Positions 10,654 to 18,972 of a stretch of DNA of 64,000 nucleotides are shown one piece after another. The notes below the pieces were generated by a model, which had not been told where the DNA came from, searched no databases, and saw only the letters and a list, made by a program, of their open reading frames with translations. The position numbers and the translations under genes are program-made. Position 1 is the first letter of the stretch; every line of letters begins with the position of its first letter. The DNA is from Atribacterota bacterium (lineage in GTDB: Bacteria; Atribacterota; Phoenicimicrobiia; Phoenicimicrobiales; Stramentimicrobiaceae): assembly GCA_028717805.1 (NCBI GenBank), contig JAQUNC010000004.1, forward strand, positions 5,549 through 69,548. The letters run 5' to 3'.

Positions 10654-13086
10654 ATGAATAATAATAGATATATCTGCATTCACGGTCATTTCTACCAACC
10701 CCCTCGTGAAAATCCCTGGTTAGAAGATATTGAGTTACAGGATTCAGCTTACCCCTTCCATGACTGGAATGAAAAGATTTCAGAAGAATGTTACAAGGCT
10801 AACGCTGCCTCTCGCATCCTGGATAAAAAAGGAAATATCATCAAAATAGTTAATAATTACAATCAAATTAGCTTTAATTTTGGACCAACCTTGCTGGCCT
10901 GGATGAAAAAACATCAACTCGAAGTTTATCAATCGATACTAGAAGCAGATAAATTCAGTCAGAAAAGATTTAATGGTCATGGTTCAGCTATTGCTCAACC
11001 CTATAATCATATGATAATGCCTCTGGCCAATACACAGGATAAGTATACTCAGATATTCTGGGGAATTAGAGATTTCCAGAAACATTTTGATCACTATCCA
11101 GAGGGAATGTGGTTACCCGAAACTGCCGTTGATTATGAAACATTGGAGGCAATGGCTGAATTGGGAATTAAATATACCATTCTTGCTCCACACCAGGCTG
11201 CCCAGATAAGAAAAATGGGAAAAGATACCAACTGGCAGGTAATTAAAGAAGGTAATCTCGATTCCAGGTTATCCTACATTTGTCCTTTACCTTCTGGAAA
11301 AACAATACATATCTTTTTCTATAACGGTTCACTAGCTCATGCTATTAGTTTTGGAGACCTTCTCCGTAATGGCGAAACCTTTGCCCAGCAATTGATAGCA
11401 GGCTTTTCCCAAGATAATGAAAAATCAGAATTGGTGAATATCGCTACTGACGGAGAAACATTTGGCCATCATCACCGTTTTGGCGATATGGCTCTCTCTT
11501 ATTGTCTGTATTATATAGAGGAAAATGACTTAGCTAAAATAACTAATTATGGAGAATATCTGGAATTAAATCCGCCGACTCATGAAGTACAAATTGTGGA
11601 AAACACGTCCTGGAGTTGCAGTCATGGTATAGAGCGCTGGAGGAATGATTGTGGTTGTAAAGCTGGAGGTCATCCAGAGTGGCAGCAAAACTGGCGTAAA
11701 CCACTGAGAGATACCATGGACTGGTTACGTGATCAATCTATGGAAATATTTAAGAAGGGAGCTCCTGCTTATTTTAATGATATCTGGCAGGCTAGAAATG
11801 AGTATATTGAAGTGATTCTTGATCGTTATCCCGAATGCATTCAGGATTTTCTGAGGAAATTTGCCAGTCACTCTCTCAATAGAGAAGAATCGGTGAGAGC
11901 CATTAAATACCTGGAAATGCAACGTAATGCCATGTTAATGTATACCAGCTGTGGCTGGTTTTTTGATGATTTATCCAGAATAGAGACAGTGCAGATTATG
12001 AGATATGCTGCTCGCTGTATTCAGCTGATAAAAGAACTGGATTCTATTGATTTAGAGGAAGAGTATATCAAAAAATTAGAACAGGCTCCCAGTAATGTTC
12101 ATCGCTATAAGAATGGAGCTAAGATTTATCAGCTGATGGTCAAACCAGTTATTATAGATTTACTTCGAGTTGGAGCTCATTATGCCATTTCTGCTCTCTT
12201 TAATGGAAAACAAAAAAATATCTATGCTTATCAAATTATGGGAGATGAAATCCAGCGGAGAGAAAATGGTCAACTAAAAATAGCGATGGGTTACGCCACA
12301 ATTCATTCAGAAATTACCCTGGAACAGGATAAAATAAGTTTTGCCGTACTTCATTTAGGGGATCATAATGTAAACGGGGGAGTAAAAATTTATCAGAATG
12401 AGGAATCATATCAGAACATGGAGAAAGAAATTAGCTCTTCCTTTGAACAGGCAAATGTGGTAGATATTATTAGATTGATGGATAAGCATTTTGGCACTAA
12501 TAGCTATTCCTTGTGGTATCTGTTTAAAGATGAACAGAGAGAAGTTATCGAAAAGATACTGGAACCTATCCTGACTGAGATAGAAAGAAACTTTGCCCAG
12601 ACTTATCTTGATAATCGTACCATTATTAATTTTTTAAGACAATTGAATATACCGATTCCTAAAGCTCTCTCTCTTATTACAGAACAGGTACTTAATCAGG
12701 AATTAAAGATAATCTTTTCCCAGAAATCAATCGATTTAGAGAAACTTGGCGACATCCTGCAGGAGATTGAAAACTGGTCTATTGCTATAGACCAGGCTAC
12801 TTTGGAATTCAATGTTGGGGGATGGATAAACCAGGCTATGGAAGAAGTAAGAAAAAATCCTTTGAAAATCAAATATATCCTGGAAATCACCGATGTATTA
12901 AAACAGATGCAGGATTTTGAGGTTCAACTGCATCTCTGGACAGCTCAGAATATCTATTTTGAGATTAAACAGGATATTTTGCCTCCTCTCCAGCAAAAGT
13001 TAGCACAAAAAGAAGAAAATATACAATCCTGGTGGAAACATTTTAAAGAATTAGGGGCAATGCTCAAAATTGATATGCCTTCCTAA
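10654..13086 (+). CDS. Glycoside hydrolase family 57 protein with long C-terminal extension (DUF3536-type architecture)
   Basis: The N-terminus YICIHGHFYQPPRENPW is typical of GH57, and ATDGETFGHH is present. ATG 10654 lies 8 nt after AGGAG, so the track start (GTG 10645) falls inside the RBS. Confidence 0.8.
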   Translation: MNNNRYICIHGHFYQPPRENPWLEDIELQDSAYPFHDWNEKISEECYKANAASRILDKKGNIIKIVNNYNQISFNFGPTLLAWMKKHQLEVYQSILEADKFSQKRFNGHGSAIAQPYNHMIMPLANTQDKYTQIFWGIRDFQKHFDHYPEGMWLPETAVDYETLEAMAELGIKYTILAPHQAAQIRKMGKDTNWQVIKEGNLDSRLSYICPLPSGKTIHIFFYNGSLAHAISFGDLLRNGETFAQQLIAGFSQDNEKSELVNIATDGETFGHHHRFGDMALSYCLYYIEENDLAKITNYGEYLELNPPTHEVQIVENTSWSCSHGIERWRNDCGCKAGGHPEWQQNWRKPLRDTMDWLRDQSMEIFKKGAPAYFNDIWQARNEYIEVILDRYPECIQDFLRKFASHSLNREESVRAIKYLEMQRNAMLMYTSCGWFFDDLSRIETVQIMRYAARCIQLIKELDSIDLEEEYIKKLEQAPSNVHRYKNGAKIYQLMVKPVIIDLLRVGAHYAISALFNGKQKNIYAYQIMGDEIQRRENGQLKIAMGYATIHSEITLEQDKISFAVLHLGDHNVNGGVKIYQNEESYQNMEKEISSSFEQANVVDIIRLMDKHFGTNSYSLWYLFKDEQREVIEKILEPILTEIERNFAQTYLDNRTIINFLRQLNIPIPKALSLITEQVLNQELKIIFSQKSIDLEKLGDILQEIENWSIAIDQATLEFNVGGWINQAMEEVRKNPLKIKYILEITDVLKQMQDFEVQLHLWTAQNIYFEIKQDILPPLQQKLAQKEENIQSWWKHFKELGAMLKIDMPS

Positions 13087-13255
13087 ATTCTAAAATATGA
13101 AAATTAGGGTAAGCGAGTTTTTCTTACTTTTGGGAATACCAGTTTATTGATGATCACGGCAGGAATTACCTTACTAAAAATAATTTATAATTATTGGAAA
13201 GATATTGTCTATAATTTGTCTGCAATTAATAATATAAGGTAGGAGGAGTTAAAAA

Positions 13256-14779
13256 CTGTTAAATCATCGATCTAGTGGCTTATTAATGCCTATATTTTGC
13301 CTACCTTCCAGATTCGGGATTGGGGATCTGGGACCACAAGCTTATCAATTTGCCAATATATTAAATAAAAATAAACAACAATTCTGGCAAATCCTTCCTT
13401 TAAACCCTACCGAATTAGAACACGGTAATTCGCCTTATTTCTCTTATTCTGCTTTTGCCGGCAATCCTCTCTTAATTAGCCCAGAACTACTCCATCGGAA
13501 TGGTTTATTAAGTAAAAGCGATTTGGAAGAGTATCTTCTACCGGAAAAACCTGAAATAGACTTTAGTAAAGTCTATCCTTTAAAACAACAAATATTGCAA
13601 AAAGCGGTGCTGGTATTCTCTAAATTACCAAAATTGCAGAAGGAATTTGCTGATTTCTGTCAACAACAGGCTTTCTGGCTGGAGGACTATACCCTCTTTG
13701 AAGTTTTACGCCATCAATTTAATCATCAGCAGTGGAATGAGTGGCCAGTACCCCTCAGAGAGCGGAATATGGGAACACTGACAGAATTTAAGAAAACTAT
13801 GTCAGCTGAAATTGAAAGATATAAAATTATCCAGTTTCTCTTTTTTAGACAATGGTATGAATTTAAACATTATTGTAAGGCTAAAAATATCAAGATTATT
13901 GGTGATATGTCTATCTATGTTACCTATCAGAGTGCTGAGGTCTGGACTCATCCTAAATTGTTCAAGCTGGACAAGAATAAAAACCAATTCTGCCAGGCTG
14001 GTGTTCCGCCTGATTATTTCAGTCCAACGGGGCAGCTTTGGGGAAATCCCGTCTATAAATGGTCAGCACATCTAAAAGAAAATTTTCAATGGTGGCAAAG
14101 ACGTATTGCTCATAATCTGACCTTATATGACTTATTGCGCATAGACCATTTTCGAGGCTTGCTGGCCTACTGGGAAATACCAGCAGGCGAAAAAACTGCG
14201 ATCAAGGGCAATTGGGTAAATGGTGGTGGAGAAGATTTTTTCTATATGCTAAAAAGAGAGTTTCCTGATTTGCCTTTCATTGCTGAAGACCTGGGAGTTA
14301 TAACTGAAGATGTAGTGCAGGTTATGAATCAGCTTAGGTTACCTGGGATGCGAGTACTGCAGTTTGCTTTTGGTGAAAGTTTTCCTCACAGTATACACCT
14401 TCCCCACAATCATATCACAAATTGTGTAGTCTTCACTGGAACACATGACAATAATACTATACAAGGATGGTGGCAGAAAGAAATAAAAAATCAACAAAAG
14501 ATATTGGTTAGGCAATATTTAAGCAAGGATATCACTACTAATAATGTACATTGGGAATTTATAAGACTGGCGCAATCCTCTGTTGCAAACTTAGCCATCA
14601 TAGCGGTTCAAGATATGCTTGGATTAGGAGAAGGGGCTAGAATGAATAATCCTGCCTGTACCAGGGGGAACTGGCATTGGCGTCTGACAAATAGACAGAT
14701 GTCTGAATTAAAAGAAAATGCACTTCCCAGATTAAAGAAAATTATCCATACTTATGGCAGAGACAAAACATTAAATTAG
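13256..14779 (+). CDS. malQ: 4-alpha-glucanotransferase (amylomaltase, GH77)
   Basis: GH77 motifs are present: GIGDLG, IIGDMSIYV, LWGNPVY.W, RIDHFRG, AEDLGVIT and GTHDN. The conserved N-terminus RSSGLLMPIFCLPS starts upstream of ATG 13286. The frame opens at 13253 after TAA. CTG 13256 lies 9 nt after GGAGG (13242-13246). Confidence 0.85.
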   Translation: MLNHRSSGLLMPIFCLPSRFGIGDLGPQAYQFANILNKNKQQFWQILPLNPTELEHGNSPYFSYSAFAGNPLLISPELLHRNGLLSKSDLEEYLLPEKPEIDFSKVYPLKQQILQKAVLVFSKLPKLQKEFADFCQQQAFWLEDYTLFEVLRHQFNHQQWNEWPVPLRERNMGTLTEFKKTMSAEIERYKIIQFLFFRQWYEFKHYCKAKNIKIIGDMSIYVTYQSAEVWTHPKLFKLDKNKNQFCQAGVPPDYFSPTGQLWGNPVYKWSAHLKENFQWWQRRIAHNLTLYDLLRIDHFRGLLAYWEIPAGEKTAIKGNWVNGGGEDFFYMLKREFPDLPFIAEDLGVITEDVVQVMNQLRLPGMRVLQFAFGESFPHSIHLPHNHITNCVVFTGTHDNNTIQGWWQKEIKNQQKILVRQYLSKDITTNNVHWEFIRLAQSSVANLAIIAVQDMLGLGEGARMNNPACTRGNWHWRLTNRQMSELKENALPRLKKIIHTYGRDKTLN

Positions 14780-16645
14780 TTACTCTTCTTTATACATCTC
14801 ATAGAAATCCCCAGCAAAAGCACCCATTGGTATAAGAGGGTGATAATACCATCCTTTGACCCAATCTCTTTCCACGTGATATCCTTGATGCTGACATAAA
14901 TAAAGGGCTATTGCCTGTTCATGTGCTATTTGCATCAATTGTTTATAGACTAATTCTCTTTCTGAAGGATTAACTGTTTGTATAGCTTGATTAATCAAGG
15001 GATTAATTAATTCCTGCGCTAGTTTTTGATAATTTTCACCATAAACAGAACCCAAAGTACCATTACTAAATAAAAGCCCTCCCACCCAGGCATATGGATC
15101 GGGGAAATCAACCTGCCAGCCTATGTTATACATAGTAAGCCTACCGGAATATAATTCCTTTAACATGGTCGGAAAGTTTATTCCTATAGGTTCAATTTCA
15201 AATTTTGGATTTAACATCCTGGCGAAATCAGCAATCATTTCACAAGCAGTTTGGGCATAATCTGATCCTGAGGTATAAAAAATATTAAAATAAAAACCCT
15301 TCTCCCATAACTCACCATTCCAGGCTTTCTTAAATTCCACTTCTGCTTTTTTCATATCTTGCTGATAATAAAAATTAGGATCATCCAGATATCCCAATGT
15401 TTCTCTAGTCATAGGACCGGAAATCCTTATTCCCTGTCCCTGTAATGATTTTTCAATAAAAGCATCATAGGGAAACAAATAAGAGAAAGCCTTTCTTACA
15501 TGTATATCATTAAAAAAATTAGGGGGAATACCTCTGCCATCCAGTTTTCCACTACCAATGAATCCGTTTCCTTCCTGGTTAATAGTCCAGTTAAAATGCA
15601 TAATATTAATGGACTGCATTGGTAAATTTTCAATGATCCGGATACCATTAATATCCCTAACTTCGTTAATAAAACCTGGTGTTACCTCAATTATATCGGC
15701 ATCTCCGTTAAATAGAACTAATTTTCGGGTAATCCATTCAGGTATAATCCTTATTAACACCCTTTGTATCTTTGCTGGGCCTTGCCAGTAAGAATCAAAA
15801 CGTTCCAATTGAATCATTTCTCCAGGAATCCGTCTTTGCATCTGAAAGGGACCAGTACCATTGGTTATGCTATACAATGCATCGTCCTCAGCTGCCGGAT
15901 CGTGGTACTTCCACCATTCTTCTACTTCACCGTTCCAGGCATCATGCTCAATAGCCCATGCTTTGTCTATAATTGCTGAACAACTATTATTCTGAGCTAA
16001 AATGCTTAAGAAAGCACTATATGGATTTTGCAAGTGAAAAATCACATTCTCTCCCTCAACTGTAATAGCAGGATCAATATAATCTTTAAAAATACTCTCC
16101 ATTATATCTTGATACTTTGAAATAACTATACCTTCCTCAAACAAATCTTCATAAGATTCAACACCAGCCAATTCAACAGCTAAATCTTCAATACTACTTA
16201 CTTCCAAAAGCGGCTCCAAAAGCATCCAGGTAGGTCCACCATCCCGATCCAGTATCATACTTCTTTTAAAGCTATAGGTGATATCTTCCGGGGTTAAAAT
16301 ATTACCGTTATGAAACAATACATTTTCACGGATTGGGAAAATATAGGTTAGCCCCCCATCTCGAATTAAGCCATTTTCCTCTGAAGGTACTTTTTTAGTT
16401 AATACTGGATCAAATTCGCTTAGACTGTTCTTCTTAAATTTGATTAAATTCTCATAGATATGAAAGGTAATCTGCATACTGGCTTCATCGTATGCCCAAT
16501 GAGGATCAAGTGACTCAATATCTCCCAAACTGGCATAGATTATGGCATCAGGATTGGGAACCTGACTAAAGACATTCATAGATATACTGAATAATAATAT
16601 GATGATAGAAAAAATAAGAAGTCGGGACAAATATTTACTTTTCAT
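14780..16645 (-). CDS. ABC transporter substrate-binding protein, family 5 (peptide/oligosaccharide type), orphan
   Basis: 621 aa with a signal peptide and the family-5 SBP N-terminal pattern (LDPHWAYDEAS...IYENLIKF). No permease or ATPase genes are adjacent. Confidence 0.8.
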   Translation of the reverse strand: MKSKYLSRLLIFSIIILLFSISMNVFSQVPNPDAIIYASLGDIESLDPHWAYDEASMQITFHIYENLIKFKKNSLSEFDPVLTKKVPSEENGLIRDGGLTYIFPIRENVLFHNGNILTPEDITYSFKRSMILDRDGGPTWMLLEPLLEVSSIEDLAVELAGVESYEDLFEEGIVISKYQDIMESIFKDYIDPAITVEGENVIFHLQNPYSAFLSILAQNNSCSAIIDKAWAIEHDAWNGEVEEWWKYHDPAAEDDALYSITNGTGPFQMQRRIPGEMIQLERFDSYWQGPAKIQRVLIRIIPEWITRKLVLFNGDADIIEVTPGFINEVRDINGIRIIENLPMQSINIMHFNWTINQEGNGFIGSGKLDGRGIPPNFFNDIHVRKAFSYLFPYDAFIEKSLQGQGIRISGPMTRETLGYLDDPNFYYQQDMKKAEVEFKKAWNGELWEKGFYFNIFYTSGSDYAQTACEMIADFARMLNPKFEIEPIGINFPTMLKELYSGRLTMYNIGWQVDFPDPYAWVGGLLFSNGTLGSVYGENYQKLAQELINPLINQAIQTVNPSERELVYKQLMQIAHEQAIALYLCQHQGYHVERDWVKGWYYHPLIPMGAFAGDFYEMYKEE

Positions 16646-16789
16646 TTTTCACTCCAACCAAATTTTAAACTAATAGATTAATTTAGTCTTTCTATCTAGT
16701 GAATAAATTCACTATAACTATAATAATATACCACAACAATGCAACTAATAAAATAAATTATTCTTGTTAACCACAGTTATTATCTAACT

Positions 16790-17272
16790 AATAGAAAGAA
16801 TATTATTTTCTCCAGGGTATCATGAGATTGAATAATGGTGCATACTGCTGGCAATCGTATACATAACTTTCTCCTGGACCTCAGCTGCGGTTTTTCCGTC
16901 TTATATGTACTTTAATCCTCATACCTTGATCATAAAAATTCTAATATCTAGTCCTGATAGATATTATTGATCTATGAAATACTATATACTAACTATTTTC
17001 AGCTAAATTTTAAAATACCCAGATCCAAGGGATCAGCAAAAGAACCAAATTATCAATGGCGTATTCCAAATCCTTACTTCTACCAGCAACAACTCAATAT
17101 AATGTTCTTCCAATTTTACTGGAGTATGGGGAAGATAACCTCCTAAAAACGTTGGACCAGCATCAGCGGCTAAATAGTCTATATCTCACCTAAGTCCATA
17201 GCAAAATGAGTTCTTTTCAATTATATTTTCTCCCAGATTTCCGGTAGAGACTAGAACTGATGATTTCCTCAT
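16790..17272 (-). pseudogene. Possible decayed gene remnant (broken reading frames)
   Basis: The minus strand reads ATG(17272) MRKSSVLVSTGNLGENIIEKNSFCYGLR*. Shifted-frame fragments follow: DIDYLAADAGPTFLGGYLPHTPVKLEEHYIELL... and ...RKLCIRLPAVCTIIQSHDTLEKII. There is no intact ORF in a ~730-nt gap. Family not recognised. Confidence 0.25.
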
Positions 17273-17293
17273 TATCTCACCCCTTAATAATAT

Positions 17294-17330
17294 TACCAGG
17301 ATAGCCTTATTTATACTTGCTATCCTGGTA
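17294..17330 (-). terminator. Stem-loop downstream of the TRAP operon (12-bp perfect stem TACCAGGATAGC/GCTATCCTGGTA)
   Basis: A perfect inverted repeat lies 47 nt past the stop of the 132-aa ORF. On the minus strand it is followed by an A/U-rich tail (AUAUUAUUAA), a weak U-tract. Confidence 0.45.
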
Positions 17331-17376
17331 ATACGAATGTAGGTATTCTATTGAACGATCAATAGCTAACCTTAAT

Positions 17377-17775
17377 TTATTGTTTCTCCAAAACTTCCAA
17401 AGGTGTTGTCGCTCTTGAACCCTTATCCCCAATCGCTTCAATAGTGTACACTCCTGGTTTTAGCATGACTGTTGGGATACCACCTGCTGGTTTTAGTTTA
17501 AAAGCACCATATTCATTAACGGTAACAAATCCTCCGGTACCTACTTCAGCAAAGGCAAAAGGAACTCCATCTACTGTCATAATTACCTTTACTTTTTCTC
17601 CTGGAACAAACCCGGCACCATAAAAGGTTAACTTAGTTCCAGGTTCCCCATTTATGGGTGTTACCACAAGACTGGTTACCTTCTCTTCTACAGCACAAAC
17701 CATTCCAACAGAGATTATTGTCATAACCAAAACCAAAAAAATTAGAAGAACGCTTATTTTCATACGACATCTCAT
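17377..17775 (-). CDS. Small secreted/anchored beta-sandwich (Ig-like) protein, last gene of TRAP operon
   Basis: 132 aa. The N-terminal hydrophobic segment is followed by alternating beta-strand pattern (KLTFYGAGFVPGEKVKVIMTVDG...GVYTIEAIGDKG). Same strand as the upstream TAXI gene, 71 nt downstream of it. Confidence 0.6.
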   Translation of the reverse strand: MRCRMKISVLLIFLVLVMTIISVGMVCAVEEKVTSLVVTPINGEPGTKLTFYGAGFVPGEKVKVIMTVDGVPFAFAEVGTGGFVTVNEYGAFKLKPAGGIPTVMLKPGVYTIEAIGDKGSRATTPLEVLEKQ

Positions 17776-17846
17776 TTGTCATCACCTCCCGATTTATCTT
17801 TAAAAGCCATCCTCTCTAATTCTCAACTGGTTCTAACTGGTCAACA

Positions 17847-18869
17847 TTACTTTTTACTCTCTGGTGGAATAAAACGTTCCGGTACATCTATCCCGTTTTC
17901 CAAACAATACCTGTAAAGTCCTGCATGGATTGGTATTTCACCCCCTGGTGCTACTAACTTAAAATAGTCAGTAATAGGATCCCATCCCACTATTCCAGGA
18001 TATGCCGTCGCAACTTCATCAAAACCTTCGACATAAGCCTTTACAATTTCATAACCAACTTCTTCCGGTAAATTAGAGGAAGCCACTGCACCAACAACCT
18101 GTCCTTCTTCCATTATAGATGGATTATCCGAAAGTTCTAAGATACTGCCTGCCGGGGTTTCAAAGAAAAGGATATAGGGGTACTCTGCTCTTATCTTTTC
18201 TATATCATCTTCACCATAACCAATAGCTGCTAGAGGAGTTTTTAAATTTAATTCAATTAAAGAAGAATCTAAGGAAGTCAGTCCACTGGATTTTTGTAAT
18301 CCAACAATACGACCTTGACTAAATAAATTGATAGCATCACCCAGGGTTGCGGGCACTATATCAATCCCACTTCCGATAACTTCATCAAAGTTAATAAAGT
18401 TAGTCGTAGAAGATGCTCCAGGTATACCGGGAGAAAATTTTTTACCTCCTAAATCCTTAAAAGTTTTTATCCCGGAATCTGCTCTGATGTATAGTCTGTT
18501 AACAATAGCATTTCTCAAGAATAACCATCTTATTGGCTCCCATGCTTCCCCTTCAAAATTGCTAATTCCTCTATGTAATTGCATTGCAGAAGCAGAGTCA
18601 ACACACAAGGCAAAATCAAATGATCCTTCCCTGGTTCTTCTTAAATTATCCAAGGCGGCACCACTCTCAATAACTGTTGTAATTATGTTGTTATCTGCCT
18701 TATTGATAACCGAAGCAGTTCCAACACACCAGGCATATAATCCGGATGTTGAAGAGGTACTACCCATATTTAAATAGACAGTTTGGGCAGATACATTGCC
18801 TACTAGCACACTAAACGCCAGTATCAAGATAAGCACAAAAACCAATCCACTTAGTCTTCTGTTTTTCAT
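17847..18869 (-). CDS. TAXI-family TRAP transporter solute-binding protein (copy 2)
   Basis: 340 aa with a signal peptide, NMGSTSSTSGLYAWCVGTASVINK and the C-terminal IPIHAGLYRYCLENG typical of TAXI receptors. Confidence 0.85.
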   Translation of the reverse strand: MKNRRLSGLVFVLILILAFSVLVGNVSAQTVYLNMGSTSSTSGLYAWCVGTASVINKADNNIITTVIESGAALDNLRRTREGSFDFALCVDSASAMQLHRGISNFEGEAWEPIRWLFLRNAIVNRLYIRADSGIKTFKDLGGKKFSPGIPGASSTTNFINFDEVIGSGIDIVPATLGDAINLFSQGRIVGLQKSSGLTSLDSSLIELNLKTPLAAIGYGEDDIEKIRAEYPYILFFETPAGSILELSDNPSIMEEGQVVGAVASSNLPEEVGYEIVKAYVEGFDEVATAYPGIVGWDPITDYFKLVAPGGEIPIHAGLYRYCLENGIDVPERFIPPESKK

Positions 18870-18972
18870 TTTTACTCACCTCCTTTCTATTCTGTTTTTT
18901 CCCAAATATTATTTTGGTATTACCATAAAACATTGGTTAATGTTTGGTAATAACACACTATTTCTATTATCT

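Noticed and set aside
16857-16862. Isolated GTATAC half-site in the ORF-free gap, considered as a third GntR operator
   Set aside because: Only one hexamer is present, without the inverted partner, so chance occurrence is likely.
18328-18777. 149-aa ORF antisense to the TAXI receptor gene. Similar antisense or alternate-frame ORFs occur at 121-306, 195-533, 8780-9130, 10208-10549, 28449-28832, 30968-31285, 41511-41870, 51072-51329, 52627-52899 and 59815-60171.
   Set aside because: Each is fully nested in a well-supported CDS. They lack RBS signals and have low-complexity or odd composition. They are shadow ORFs.
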